A stretch of 64,000 nt of DNA from Anaerolineae bacterium (GTDB taxonomy: Bacteria; Chloroflexota; Anaerolineae; S140-20): NCBI GenBank assembly GCA_027021705.1, contig JALUTT010000073.1, forward strand, positions 1 through 64,000, written 5' to 3'. Under the pieces are notes generated by a model. The model made no database searches and was not told the DNA's origin. It saw only the letters and a list, made by a program, of their open reading frames with translations. Within the stretch, counting starts at the first letter, position 1, and every line of letters begins with the position of its first letter. This document shows, piece after piece, positions 39,280-49,488 of the stretch. Position numbers and translations under genes: made by a program.

Positions 39280-40488
39280 CTACAGGGGCAAATACACGCT
39301 GAAGGTGCTGCCTACTCCGGGGGTGCTTTCGACCTGGATACGGCCACCGTGCAATTGGACAATGTGCGCCGTGATGGACAAGCCCAGCCCGGCACCACCT
39401 CGGTGCCGGGCGCGTGATTGGTCAACCCGGTAGAAGCGGTCAAAGATGCGAGACTGCTCTTCCGGGGGGATCCCGATGCCGGTGTCTCTGACGCTTATGA
39501 CCGCCCAATCTGCCTCACGGGAAACCGTAATCGTCACGGAACCATCCGGACGGTTGTATCGAATCCCGTTCTCGACCAAATTGCTGATTGCTCGAACCAG
39601 CAGCGGAACATCCGCCGACAGCACTACGTCGTCAGCGACCTCGAGGGCCAGGGACACCCGGTGGTCCCGGGCCAGAGGTTCGAGCTCGTGCACTACCTCG
39701 GTTAGGAGGACCTCCAGGTTGATGGCCTCCGTTTGAATTTCCTGCTCCCCTTTTGCTAGGAGCAGGAGAGCGTCCACCAATGCCTCTAGCCTGTCCAATG
39801 CCCGTTCGAATGCGATGACCATCTCCCGATAGTCGGCCAACGTCGCATTGGGATCTTGCCGGATCACTTCCAGGTTTGTGCGAAGGACGGCCAAGGGGGT
39901 GCGTAACTCGTGAGATGCATCGGCCACAAATCGGCTCTGTTGCTCGAAGGCCCGCTCCAGGCGCTCCAACATGTCGTCGAAGGCATCGGCCAGTGCCTTG
40001 ACCTCATCTTGAGGCCCATCTATGGACAATCGGCGGTGCAGAGAGTCTACCTGGATCTCTTGGACCAAGCTGGTAAGGCGGCGCACCGGTTGTAGTGCCC
40101 GTTGGGCGATCCAGTAAGCCCCCCAAGCTCCTAGCAGTGTGAAAATTCCCACGCTAATCAATGAGATGATGCGCACTTCGTGGATAGCGATCTCTTGAAC
40201 CTGTCCTAGAACTAAGGGGGGTGCCGCGCCGGGGGAGGAGGCCCCTGGCTGGGATGATAATGGGGTTGGTGAAGCCATCAAGGGCAATGGTTCAGAGGAA
40301 GGGTATTGGGTCGGCAGGAGGACCTCTCTAATGGCCTGCGGCACCCTGATGCTCGCTAGGCCGCTGAGGAGCACGATTAGGCCAAAACCGAGGGCCAGGA
40401 ACAGGCCGGCCGTCCAGAGCGTCAATCGCCAACGCAGGGTGAGGGATCGGGTGAAGCGGAGATGCCAGGCCCGCAGGAATCGCTTCAT
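39280..40488 (-). CDS. Sensor histidine kinase (2 TM, HAMP, HisKA, HATPase)
   Basis: ADASHELRTPL, NLVENGIRY, DTGIGI, FDRFYRVD, GAGLGL. Confidence 0.95.
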   Translation of the reverse strand: MKRFLRAWHLRFTRSLTLRWRLTLWTAGLFLALGFGLIVLLSGLASIRVPQAIREVLLPTQYPSSEPLPLMASPTPLSSQPGASSPGAAPPLVLGQVQEIAIHEVRIISLISVGIFTLLGAWGAYWIAQRALQPVRRLTSLVQEIQVDSLHRRLSIDGPQDEVKALADAFDDMLERLERAFEQQSRFVADASHELRTPLAVLRTNLEVIRQDPNATLADYREMVIAFERALDRLEALVDALLLLAKGEQEIQTEAINLEVLLTEVVHELEPLARDHRVSLALEVADDVVLSADVPLLVRAISNLVENGIRYNRPDGSVTITVSREADWAVISVRDTGIGIPPEEQSRIFDRFYRVDQSRARHRGGAGLGLSITAHIVQLHGGRIQVESTPGVGSTFSVYLPL

Positions 40489-41174
40489 CCGCCTTCTTCC
40501 TCCGGCGGGAGCAGTCGGTACCCCTGGCCTGCGACGGTCTCGATGTACCGAGGGTGTTCCGCCCTGTCATCCAGCTTGCGACGCAAGGAGTGGATGTGGA
40601 CCCGAACGCTGCCGGTGAACAGGTCAACATCCTCTCCCCAGACGTGCTCGATCAGTTCCTCCTGGCTGATGACCTCGCCAGGGTGACGCATAAGGTAGTG
40701 CAAGATCCCGAATTCCTTGCGGGTGAGCTTCAGCCGCCGCGTCCCCTGCCAGGCCGTTCGACTGGCCGGATCGAGTTTCAGATCACCGACGCACAAAATC
40801 GGCTCCCGCACTCTGAGATCACGCCTCAACAGTGCCCGGATGCGTGCCGCCAGTTCCTCGAAGTGGAAAGGCTTGACCAGGTAATCGTCGGCACCCAGAT
40901 CGAGTCCGGTGACTTTGTCTTCGAGCCGGCTACGGGCCGTCAGCATCAGGATGAGCAGTTTGGGTTTGCTGGCCCGCAGACGCCTGCACACTTCCAAGCC
41001 GTCCATTCCTGGCAAGTTGAGGTCCAGGATCACCAAGTCGTAGTCGTTGATCTCGCCCATCGCCCAGCCTTGCTCACCGTCTACAGCGATGTCCACCACG
41101 TAGCCCTGCTGGGACAGTCCACGAGCCAGGGCGTTGGCCAAGTCGAGTTCGTCTTCTACGAGCAGAATTCTCAT
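40485..41174 (-). CDS. OmpR-family response regulator
   Basis: ILLVEDE, LDLNLPGMDG, GADDYLVKPF, winged helix LTRKEF...IETVAGQGY. Confidence 0.96.
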   Translation of the reverse strand: MRILLVEDELDLANALARGLSQQGYVVDIAVDGEQGWAMGEINDYDLVILDLNLPGMDGLEVCRRLRASKPKLLILMLTARSRLEDKVTGLDLGADDYLVKPFHFEELAARIRALLRRDLRVREPILCVGDLKLDPASRTAWQGTRRLKLTRKEFGILHYLMRHPGEVISQEELIEHVWGEDVDLFTGSVRVHIHSLRRKLDDRAEHPRYIETVAGQGYRLLPPEEEGG

Positions 41175-41803
41175 TCCACCCTTTCAAGGGCTGAGGGGAA
41201 GACCTGAGCCACGGGAACCCGGAAGCCGGTCACGACTTGGGAGCGGACGATCTCCCCCAGACCGTACCGGCCGGCCAGCCGGTAGGCCTCTCCCTCCAAC
41301 ACGTAGACCTCAATGGTCCGAGCATCGGGGTCCACGATCCAGTACTCGGCCACCCTACCTTCCTGGTAAGCCCGCATCTTCTCCCGGCGGTCATAGAGCC
41401 AATTGCCGGGGGGAAGGATCTCGATGATCAGGTCAGGTGCGCCCTCCACATACTGCTCCCCGAGGATCTTCAGCCGCTCAGCCCGGATGAAGAGGATGTC
41501 CGGCTGGAAGGGAACCGGCTGGGAGGGCAGACGGACGCCCGTCGGCGCGAAGAGCACCTCTCCCTTCAGAGGGGGCGGATCGTCCCGCAGGAAGGCGGTG
41601 AGCGCCTCTACGAGGCGGGCAGCGATGCGTTGGTGCAGGGTGCTGGGCGGCGGGGCCATATAGAGCACTCCGTCAATCACCTCATAGCGATAGCCGTCGT
41701 CAGGAAGCCGCAACCAGTCCTCATAGGTCCATTGACCTTGAGGCGGGGGCCAGGCCCGTTCGGAAATCCTTGCCTCCTCCTGAGCCGTTGAAGCCTTTCC
41801 CAT
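41171..41803 (-). CDS. Uma2 (DUF820) family endonuclease
   Basis: YEVIDG, QPDILF, GAPDLIIEIL, EYWIVDP. Confidence 0.92.
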   Translation of the reverse strand: MGKASTAQEEARISERAWPPPQGQWTYEDWLRLPDDGYRYEVIDGVLYMAPPPSTLHQRIAARLVEALTAFLRDDPPPLKGEVLFAPTGVRLPSQPVPFQPDILFIRAERLKILGEQYVEGAPDLIIEILPPGNWLYDRREKMRAYQEGRVAEYWIVDPDARTIEVYVLEGEAYRLAGRYGLGEIVRSQVVTGFRVPVAQVFPSALERVE

Positions 41804-41866
41804 AGCACTCGCCTCTCGTCAGGCACGGGGACGAGTACAGAGGTCCAGCGGTAAGTCCCTGCCTCA

Positions 41867-41895
41867 ATTGTACTTGCCCCTTTCAAGGGCGTCAA
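41867..41895 (-). promoter_or_regulatory. sigma70-type promoter of the Uma2/response regulator/kinase unit
   Basis: Minus-strand TTGACG-17 nt-TACAAT. Confidence 0.75.
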
Positions 41896-41907
41896 GGCCC
41901 CGTCGCC

Positions 41908-42062
41908 CTGTGATTACCCATATCTTTGGAGATAGGGAGACGAGCCGTCCACGAATGGGACACGAATACACGAATTAAGGACCGCCTCATTCGTGCATTG
42001 GTGAGAAATTCGTGGACGGCCTGCTACGGACCACTCTCTCGCTCACTTGTGGGTAATCACCG
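41908..42062 (+). mobile_element. MITE-A copy 3 (155 bp)
   Basis: TIR CTGTGATTACCCA...TGGGTAATCACCG; perfect 10-bp TSD CCCCGTCGCC at 41898-41907 and 42063-42072. Confidence 0.92.
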
Positions 42063-42084
42063 CCCCGTCGCCCTGTCCTACTGC

Positions 42085-43374
42085 CTACCGGACAATGGTC
42101 TGCTCCCGGCCCGGGCCGACGCCGATGAGCCGGACGGGGACGCCGGTGAGGGCTTCGACCCGCTCGACGTAGCGGCGGGCGGCAGGGGGCAACGCCTCCC
42201 AACGCCGGGCCGTCGTCAGGTCCTCCGACCAGCCGGGTAGCTCCTCGTAGATGGGGCGACAGCGAGCCAGCACGTCGGCCTCGGTGGGGAAATGCTCCAG
42301 CCGCTCGCCCCGGTAGTCGTAGGCCACGGCGATCTTGACCGTCTCGAAGCCGCTCAAGATGTCCAGCTTGGTCAGCGCCAGGCCGGTCAGTCCGTTGACC
42401 CGGGCCGCGTAGCGCAGGATCACCGCGTCCAGCCACCCGCAGCGGCGGGGCCGGCCCGTCGTCGTGCCGTACTCGTCCCAGGGATTCGCCCCCGTCCCCC
42501 GCAGCCGGTCCCCCAACTCGTCCGTCAGTTCGGTGGGGAAGGGGCCGGCCCCCACCCGGGTGGTGTAGGCTTTGGCGACGCCGATCACCTCTTCGACGTA
42601 GCGGGGGCCGAAGCCCAGGCTGGTCAGCGCCCCGCCGACGGTGGCCGAGGAGCTGGTGACATAAGGATAGGTGCCGTGATCCAGGTCCAGGAGCGTGCCC
42701 TGAGCCCCCTCGCACAGGAGGCGTTGCCCGCCGGCCAGCCGCTCGTTGATGAGCAGGGAGACGTCGGCCAGGTAGGGGGCCAGACGGCGGGCGTAGTCGT
42801 GGAACTGGGCGGCGATGGCTTCGGCATCCAGGGCCGGCTGGCCGTAGACGCCGGTGAGGATGGCGTTCTTGGCCTTCACCGCCTCGTAGACGCGGTCGGC
42901 AAACCGCTCCGGGTCCTGCATCATCCCGGCCCGGAGGCCGGCCCGGGCCGCCTTGTCGGCGTAGGCCGGTCCGATCCCCCGCCGGGTGGTGCCGAGGGCC
43001 TTCTTGCCCCGCTGCAACTCCATCGCGCCGTCCAGGGCGATGTGGTAGGGCAGGATGAGGTGAGCGCCGACGCTGAGCTTCAGCCGGCTGGGGCTGGCGT
43101 CCACGCCGCGCTCGGTCAGCCCGTCAATCTCGGCGATCAGGCGGGCCGGGTTCACGACCATCCCCGCCCCCAGGACGCAAAGGGTGTCAGGGTAGAGGAT
43201 GCCGGAGGGGATCAAGTGGAGGGCGAAGCGCTCCCCGCCGACGGTGACGGTGTGGCCGGCGTTGTCGCCGCCGGCGTAGCGGGCCACAATGTCCGCCTGG
43301 GCGGCCAGCCAGTCCACCACCCGTCCCTTCCCCTCATCTCCCCACTGAGTTCCCACCACAATCGTCGCGGTCAT
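42085..43374 (-). CDS. purA: Adenylosuccinate synthetase
   Basis: QWGDEGKG, NAGHT, EGAQG, GTYPYVTSS, EYGTTTGRPRRCGWLD. Confidence 0.98.
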   Translation of the reverse strand: MTATIVVGTQWGDEGKGRVVDWLAAQADIVARYAGGDNAGHTVTVGGERFALHLIPSGILYPDTLCVLGAGMVVNPARLIAEIDGLTERGVDASPSRLKLSVGAHLILPYHIALDGAMELQRGKKALGTTRRGIGPAYADKAARAGLRAGMMQDPERFADRVYEAVKAKNAILTGVYGQPALDAEAIAAQFHDYARRLAPYLADVSLLINERLAGGQRLLCEGAQGTLLDLDHGTYPYVTSSSATVGGALTSLGFGPRYVEEVIGVAKAYTTRVGAGPFPTELTDELGDRLRGTGANPWDEYGTTTGRPRRCGWLDAVILRYAARVNGLTGLALTKLDILSGFETVKIAVAYDYRGERLEHFPTEADVLARCRPIYEELPGWSEDLTTARRWEALPPAARRYVERVEALTGVPVRLIGVGPGREQTIVR

Positions 43375-43393
43375 TCTCCTCCCTCCTTCCTCC

Positions 43394-43460
43394 TCACGTA
43401 TCACGCATCACGCATCACGCATCACGCATCACGCCTCACGCCTCACGCACCACGCACCAC
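43394..43460. repeat. Heptamer tandem repeat (TCACGCA-type, ~9 units)
   Basis: TCACGTA, TCACGCA x4, TCACGCC x2, TCACGCA, CCACGCA. Confidence 0.9.
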
Positions 43461-43500
43461 CCCAGCACCGCATAGCAGACTGCGGACTCTGGACCGAGCT

Positions 43501-44682
43501 TCACGCCAACATCTCCACCGCCAGCGCTGCGTAGACCGACGCCGCCTTGAAGAGGTCTTCCAGCCGGAGCTGTTCGTCGGCGGTGTGAGCGTAGCGCTCC
43601 TCTCCCGGCCCAAACCCAACGGTGGGGATGCCGGCCACGCCCATCGTGTAGGCTCCGTCGGTGGAGAAGGCCCATTGGCCGATGGTGGGACGGTAGCCCA
43701 GCGTGTTGCGGATTGTCCGCGCTAACGTTTTGATCAGCGGGTGGCCCTCCTCCAGCGCCCAGGCCGGATAGTAGGCCCGCTGCCGGGCTTCGTAGCCGGT
43801 GTAGCTGGTGGCCCGGTACTCGGTGACCTCGACCTCGGCCCGCACCCCCTCCCGCAGGATGATCCCCTGGACCTCGGAGAGGGCCTTGGCCTCCGTCTCG
43901 CCCAGGGTCAGCCGGCGGTCAATGATGAAGCTGGCCCGGTCCGGGATGGCGTTGCGGCTGCTGGCGCTGCTCTCTACGTGGGTCACCGCCAGCGTCCCCC
44001 GGCCCAGGAAGGGGTCGTAGCCCAGCTTATCCGCCAGCAACTCCAGGCCGAAGATGAGACGGGCGGCAGCGTAGATGGCGTTCTCCCCCAGGTCGGGGTT
44101 CGAGGCGTGGCAGGAGCGCCCGTGGGTCGTCACCTGCATCTCCAGCCGGCCCCGGTGGCCCCGGCTGATCTGCAGGTTGGTGGCCTCGCCCAGCACCACC
44201 CAGTCGGGCCGCAGCCCTTCCTCCTCGATCAGGACCTGCATCGCCAGCCCCTCGCAGGGCTCCTCCTGGACCACGCAGGCGACGACCAGGTCGCCCTTCA
44301 GCCGGACGCGGGCCTCGGCCAGCATCTTCACGCCGTAGATCATCGCCGCGATCGCGCCCTTCATGTCGGCCACGCCTCGCCCGTAGATGATCCCGTCTTC
44401 GACCTCGCCGCCGTAGGGGTCCCGTTGCCAGGCCTCGGGGTCCGAGATGCCCACCGTGTCCATATGGCCGTTGTAGAGCAAGATGGGGCCGCGGCCGCTG
44501 CCGTAGCGCCCGATGACGTTGCCGATCCGGTCGGTGAAGACCTCTCGAAAGCCGACCCGCCGCATCGCCGCCGCAATGCGGATGGCGACGGCCTCCTCCT
44601 GGGTGGACGGGCTGGGCGTGCGGATCAGGTCCTGCAGGAACTCGACCAACTCCTCGCGATCTGAGCGCGATAGGGTGAACAT
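43501..44682 (-). CDS. M20 family metallo-hydrolase (YgeY-like)
   Basis: GHMDTV, YGRGVADMKG, VQEE, WAFSTDG, GFGPGEE..AH. Confidence 0.9.
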   Translation of the reverse strand: MFTLSRSDREELVEFLQDLIRTPSPSTQEEAVAIRIAAAMRRVGFREVFTDRIGNVIGRYGSGRGPILLYNGHMDTVGISDPEAWQRDPYGGEVEDGIIYGRGVADMKGAIAAMIYGVKMLAEARVRLKGDLVVACVVQEEPCEGLAMQVLIEEEGLRPDWVVLGEATNLQISRGHRGRLEMQVTTHGRSCHASNPDLGENAIYAAARLIFGLELLADKLGYDPFLGRGTLAVTHVESSASSRNAIPDRASFIIDRRLTLGETEAKALSEVQGIILREGVRAEVEVTEYRATSYTGYEARQRAYYPAWALEEGHPLIKTLARTIRNTLGYRPTIGQWAFSTDGAYTMGVAGIPTVGFGPGEERYAHTADEQLRLEDLFKAASVYAALAVEMLA

Positions 44683-44702
44683 AGCGTGGCCTCCGATGTA
44701 CG

Positions 44703-46133
44703 CTAGTAGGCTCCGTCCCCGGTCAGGATCTTGGGAATGGTGCGCAGCAGGATCTTGAAATCCAGGACCGGGGACCAGTGTTCGATGTAGTAGATGTCCA
44801 GCAAGCACATCTCGTCGAAGGTCAGCTCGCTGCGGCCACTGACCTGCCAGAGGCCGGTGATGCCGGGACGGACCTCCAGACGGCGTTTGTGCCATTCCTG
44901 ATACTGGCGGACCTCTTCGGGCAGCGGGGGGCGCGGTCCGACCAGGCTCATCTCCCCCCGCAGGACGTTGAAGAGCTGGGGGAGTTCGTCCAGGCTGGTG
45001 CGCCGCAGCCACCGCCCCACCCGCGTCCGCCGGGGATCGTCTCGGATCTTGAAGAGGGGGCCATCGGCCTCGTTCAGGGCGGCCAACCGTCGGCGCTCCG
45101 CTTCGGCACCGATGTGCATTGAGCGGAACTTGTAGATGACGAAGTGCCGACCGTTTTTGCCCACCCGCACCTGGCGGAAGAGGGCCGGCCCCGGGGAGTC
45201 CAGGCGGATCAACAGGGCGATGAGCCCCATCAGGGGGGAGAGCACCAGGAGGGCCAGGGCAGCCAGGGCGATGTCCATCGCCCGCTTGAAGCGCTCCTGC
45301 CAACGACCGATGAGCGGCTCTCGCACCCCGATGAGGGGGATCCCGCCCAGGTCGTCCACGTCCACCTGGCTGAGGCTCATCTGGAAGAGGTCGGGGACGA
45401 TGCGGGCCCGCACCTGCTTCCGCTCGCACTCCCGGACGATGTTCATGATCTTGCGGTGATACATCCAGGGCAGGGTGATGATCACCACGTCCACCTTTTC
45501 GCCTTCGATCACCCGCGCCAGGTTCTCCAGGTCGCCCAACCCCCGGAAGCGGCCGATGTTCTTCCGGCCCCGCTCGGGGTTGTCGTCCACGAAGCCCACG
45601 ACCTGGTAGCCCAGCTCCGGGCGGGCGACCAGGGTGCGCATCACGGCCCGGCCCACCTCGCCGGCCCCGACGATGACCACCCGCTCGGTGCCGATCCCCC
45701 GTTTGCGCAGCCGGGCCTCGATCTCCCCCCGAACGAAGCGGCTGGCCCCCAGCAGAAGGATGATGAGGGCGCCGGCCTCCAGGAACATCAGCCCGGAGTA
45801 GTAGAGGGGGCGGGTGGCGAAGACGACGGCGAAGAGGATGATGATCGCCTTGGCCGTGCTGTTGACAATGGCGTACATCTGGTCGAACCAGGAGACGCCT
45901 CGGGGGCCGTTGTAGACCCCATCCAGCTTGAAGGTGATCAGCAGCAGGAGCGTCAGGCCGGCGGCGAAAGGGATGTAGACGGAGAAGGGCGCGTCGTAGC
46001 TGACCTCGCGGAAGAGGCGCAGCCGGTAGCGCATCCAGTAGGCCAGGACGAAGGCCCCGTTGATCAGGATGACGTCCGTGATCACCGTGAGCCAGAGGAT
46101 CCGGCGACGAAACCGCTGGGCCATCTTACCCAT
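44703..46133 (-). CDS. Second polyprenyl-phosphate glycosylphosphotransferase (WcaJ-like)
   Basis: [42 protein letters not shown]. Confidence 0.93.
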   Translation of the reverse strand: MGKMAQRFRRRILWLTVITDVILINGAFVLAYWMRYRLRLFREVSYDAPFSVYIPFAAGLTLLLLITFKLDGVYNGPRGVSWFDQMYAIVNSTAKAIIILFAVVFATRPLYYSGLMFLEAGALIILLLGASRFVRGEIEARLRKRGIGTERVVIVGAGEVGRAVMRTLVARPELGYQVVGFVDDNPERGRKNIGRFRGLGDLENLARVIEGEKVDVVIITLPWMYHRKIMNIVRECERKQVRARIVPDLFQMSLSQVDVDDLGGIPLIGVREPLIGRWQERFKRAMDIALAALALLVLSPLMGLIALLIRLDSPGPALFRQVRVGKNGRHFVIYKFRSMHIGAEAERRRLAALNEADGPLFKIRDDPRRTRVGRWLRRTSLDELPQLFNVLRGEMSLVGPRPPLPEEVRQYQEWHKRRLEVRPGITGLWQVSGRSELTFDEMCLLDIYYIEHWSPVLDFKILLRTIPKILTGDGAY

Positions 46134-47286
46134 CCTGCAACGCTCGCCGATAGGCCACGACGGTCTGGGAGGCCGTCTGGGCCCAGGTGAAGCGGGCGGC
46201 CTGCGCCTGACCCCGCTCTCGCAGGTGGAGGCGCAGGGCCTCGTCCTTCAGCAGCCGCGCCATCGCCCCCGCCAGCCCCTCCACGTCATCGGGGGGCACG
46301 AGGAGGCCGGCCTCGCCCACCACCTCCGGCAGGGCGCTGCTGCGGGCAGCGATCACCGGGGTGCCACAGGCCATCGCCTCCAGCAGGGGCATGCCGAACC
46401 CCTCGTAGAGGGAAGGGTAGACGAAGAAAGTGGCGGCGCTGTACCAGAGGGGCAACTCCTCGTCGGGCACGAAGCCGGGAAAGCGCACCCGGTCGGAGAG
46501 CCCCAGGGCCCGCGCCTGGGCGAAGAGGGGGTCGTAGTACCAACCCTTCCCACCGGCGATGACCAGCGTGACCTCCTCCTCTGGGTGCTGCTCTCGGAGC
46601 CGGGCGAAGGCCCGGAGCAGGGTGGGCAGGTTCTTGCGGGGCTCCAGCGTGCCCACGAAGAGGATGAAGCGGTCGGGAAGCCCTCTGGCCTGGCGGAAGG
46701 CGGCCACCTGGGCCGGCGGGTAGGGGTGGAAGCGGGTGTGGTCCACGCCGTGGACCACGACATCCACCCGTTCTTCAGGAAAGCCGAGCAGGCGCACCAC
46801 CTCCGTTCGGGTGTAGTGGGATACGGCGATGATCCGGCGGGCGCGACGGGCCGAGAGCCGAGTCATCCAGGTCAGGTAGAGCCGGTTGGCCGGGCGGAAT
46901 CGCTCCGGGAAGCGCAAGAAGCTCAGGTCGTGCACCGTCACCACCGTGGGACAGGGACTCCAGAGGGGCGCGACGAAGGCCAGGGCGTGCAACAGATCCA
47001 CCCTGGCCTGGCGTAGCGCCCACGGTTGCGCCACCTGCTCCCATAGGATGCGGACCAGAGGGCGCTCGGTGGGCCAGCGGGTCGCGCGAACGGTCAGGGT
47101 GGCCTGCCGACCTGGTCCGCCAGACGGGACAGGCCGCCCGCGACCGGTGAAGACGGTGTAACGGAAGGTCGGGTCGGCCTGGGGAAGGTGATGCAGCAGA
47201 TGGTAGATGTAACCGTGAATCCCTGCGCTGCGGTAGCCGGCCTGGCCGGACAGCAGTTGAGCATTGAGACCCACGTGGCCGCGCAT
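46126..47286 (-). CDS. Glycosyltransferase family 4
   Basis: TVHDL, VGTLEPRKN, YPSLYEGFGMPLLEAMACG. Confidence 0.93.
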   Translation of the reverse strand: MRGHVGLNAQLLSGQAGYRSAGIHGYIYHLLHHLPQADPTFRYTVFTGRGRPVPSGGPGRQATLTVRATRWPTERPLVRILWEQVAQPWALRQARVDLLHALAFVAPLWSPCPTVVTVHDLSFLRFPERFRPANRLYLTWMTRLSARRARRIIAVSHYTRTEVVRLLGFPEERVDVVVHGVDHTRFHPYPPAQVAAFRQARGLPDRFILFVGTLEPRKNLPTLLRAFARLREQHPEEEVTLVIAGGKGWYYDPLFAQARALGLSDRVRFPGFVPDEELPLWYSAATFFVYPSLYEGFGMPLLEAMACGTPVIAARSSALPEVVGEAGLLVPPDDVEGLAGAMARLLKDEALRLHLRERGQAQAARFTWAQTASQTVVAYRRALQDG

Positions 47287-47352
47287 ACCCGGCATTATAC
47301 CACCTTTTGCCCGATTCTGCGAGATGAGCAGGCCCTGTCGGACAACACGAAG

Positions 47353-47382
47353 CGAGGCCGGGGGCAGACTCCCCCGGCCTCG
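47353..47382 (-). terminator. Hairpin downstream of the beta-helix gene
   Basis: CGAGGCCGGGGG-CAGACT-CCCCCGGCCTCG. Confidence 0.6.
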
Positions 47383-47421
47383 TCTTCCCGCTTCCTCGCC
47401 CAGGTTGGCGAAGCAGCGTCC

Positions 47422-49488
47422 TCAGGGCTCGACGGGCGATACCGGTAGGTCGGACGTGGACGATTCGGCTTCTGGAGCGTTCGTCGAGTTCATCGTCGGA
47501 CAGCCCTCGTCCACGATGTCCTGGCCGTTGTTGCGGAACCGGTTGCCCACCTCTTGGAAGTTGGTGGCGCAGTAGAGGTAGATGCCAACGTCGTTGTTCT
47601 TGATGAGGTTCCGCTTGGCCAGGGTGTTGTCGGAGGTGTCCACCACGATGCCGTAGCCGTTGCCCAGCACCTTGTTGAAGGCCAGTCGGGCGTTGTTCGA
47701 CTCCCAGAGGTAGATGCCGTAGTCGTTCCCCTTCACCGTGCTGCGCTCGAAGTTGAGATTGTGGGACTGGTAGGCGATGGCCCCGTACTCGCTGGCTTCG
47801 AGCCTCATCCCTCGGACGGAGACATCGTCGGCGAAGACAAGGTAAAGGGCGACCTGGCTATCGGTTCCACGGCTGCTCATCACCCGAGCCCCCGGCGCGT
47901 CGAGGAGCAAGTAGCCGCTGGCTGCCCAGTAGGGGCCGGTGTAGGCGATGCCGGTGACGAAGTTACCGTTGTAGATGGAACCGGTCGCGCCAAAGCCGAT
48001 CTGGATGCCGTTCTGGGCGATCTTGTCCGTCGGCCCCCAACCGTAGACCCGGTTCTTCTTGATGTAGGCGATGGTGGTGCCGGTGCCGTAGTAGGAGTTG
48101 GCGGTGATGCCGTTCTTCTGGAAGTCTCTGACCGTGTTGCGCTCGATCCAGACCTTGCTGGTGCCGCCGTCCCGGCTCAACACGTAGATGCCTCCACCGC
48201 TCTGGCAGCCCTCGTAGCCGGGTGGGTGCTTGATGCCCTTGATCTTGTTCCACTGGATTTTGCCGCTGGCGTTGAAGTAGTAGATGCCGTGGAAGCGCTC
48301 ATCTCCACCCACACAGCCGGGGTAGCCACGCCCATCGCCGTCAATGGTGAAGTTGCGCACGATGACGCGGTCGGCGTTCTTGACCCAGACGATGGGGCCT
48401 TTCTGGTCAGGCACGGCCAGGATGGTCGCCTTGTAGCGGGGGCGTCCTTCCAGCGTCAGGTTCTTGCCGTCAACGACCACCTGTTCCTCATAGGTTCCCT
48501 CGTGGACGATCACCTTGCCCCCGTCGGCCACGGCATTCACCCCGTCTTGGATGGTGGCGAAGGCGTTGTAGCCGAAGATCCAGCCGGGGAGGACCTCTTC
48601 CTTGGGCGGCGTGCCGGCCCAGTCATCGTCCACCTTGACCACGGGAGGCGCCGGCAGGGCCATGCAGCCCGTGATGGTGATGTCGGAGAGGACGACATCG
48701 CCATAGGTGTCGTCGGGAGCCCAGAGCCCGGCGAAGAGCTGCATCCAGGCCATATCGCCCTTGAAGCTCAGGCCGGCGGGGTAGATGTCGGGCTCGTCGT
48801 CCTTCCAGCCGGCGGTGTAGAAGCCGGTGGGGATCCCGTTGACGGTGGCGAACATCGTGCCCAGATTGGCGTTGACGGCGTGATAGGAGATCTCGATGTG
48901 GTAGATGCCACCGGTGTTGTAGGTCCCGCCGTCCACCATCCCCCACATCACCGCCTGCCACGGGTCAACGCCGTCGCGGTCGAACCAGATGCCGTAGTTG
49001 TCGTAGGTACCAAAGGGGGCGACGACGGTATCGGGGTCGGTGGCATCGTAGTCGCGCTCGTCCCGTCCGCCGGAAGCGGCGAGGTTGTGCTTGTCGTCCA
49101 GGTCCTGGCTCTCAGGATCGGTGTCCAGGTCCCCGACGAGGGAGACCATCCAGCCGCCCTTGCCCCCCTGATAGGTGTCCCAGGGGCCTGGATTGAAGTT
49201 GCTGGCTCCCAGTTCGCGGAGCCCTACCTCAGTGTATGAGGTCTGCCAGGGTCCGGGCTGGGTGATCCCCGTCATGTCAATGGTGTAGGAGAGGGTGAGA
49301 TCGCATTGGGTCAGGTCCCAGACCTCGCTCCAGTTGGTTGCCGTGTAGGCGGGGCTTAGGGTCAGGGTACCGTAATGGACGGTCGTGGGGGAGGGACCAC
49401 TCGCTGTGATCGGTGCCGCGAAGACTGACGTGGTTGCCAGTACCGCAATCAGTACGAGGATCCGTAGGGTTCGACTTCGCGTTGTCAT
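47422..49488 (-). CDS. Secreted protein with N-terminal beta-rich domain and right-handed parallel beta-helix (NosD/pectin-lyase-like)
   Basis: Signal peptide; FATIQDGVNA...GTYEEQV; repeated N..GIY turns. Confidence 0.85.
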   Translation of the reverse strand: MTTRSRTLRILVLIAVLATTSVFAAPITASGPSPTTVHYGTLTLSPAYTATNWSEVWDLTQCDLTLSYTIDMTGITQPGPWQTSYTEVGLRELGASNFNPGPWDTYQGGKGGWMVSLVGDLDTDPESQDLDDKHNLAASGGRDERDYDATDPDTVVAPFGTYDNYGIWFDRDGVDPWQAVMWGMVDGGTYNTGGIYHIEISYHAVNANLGTMFATVNGIPTGFYTAGWKDDEPDIYPAGLSFKGDMAWMQLFAGLWAPDDTYGDVVLSDITITGCMALPAPPVVKVDDDWAGTPPKEEVLPGWIFGYNAFATIQDGVNAVADGGKVIVHEGTYEEQVVVDGKNLTLEGRPRYKATILAVPDQKGPIVWVKNADRVIVRNFTIDGDGRGYPGCVGGDERFHGIYYFNASGKIQWNKIKGIKHPPGYEGCQSGGGIYVLSRDGGTSKVWIERNTVRDFQKNGITANSYYGTGTTIAYIKKNRVYGWGPTDKIAQNGIQIGFGATGSIYNGNFVTGIAYTGPYWAASGYLLLDAPGARVMSSRGTDSQVALYLVFADDVSVRGMRLEASEYGAIAYQSHNLNFERSTVKGNDYGIYLWESNNARLAFNKVLGNGYGIVVDTSDNTLAKRNLIKNNDVGIYLYCATNFQEVGNRFRNNGQDIVDEGCPTMNSTNAPEAESSTSDLPVSPVEP

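Noticed and set aside
44683..45429. N-terminal extension of ORF 43501..45429
   Set aside because: It overlaps the sugar transferase in another frame; M20 similarity and an RBS begin at 44682.
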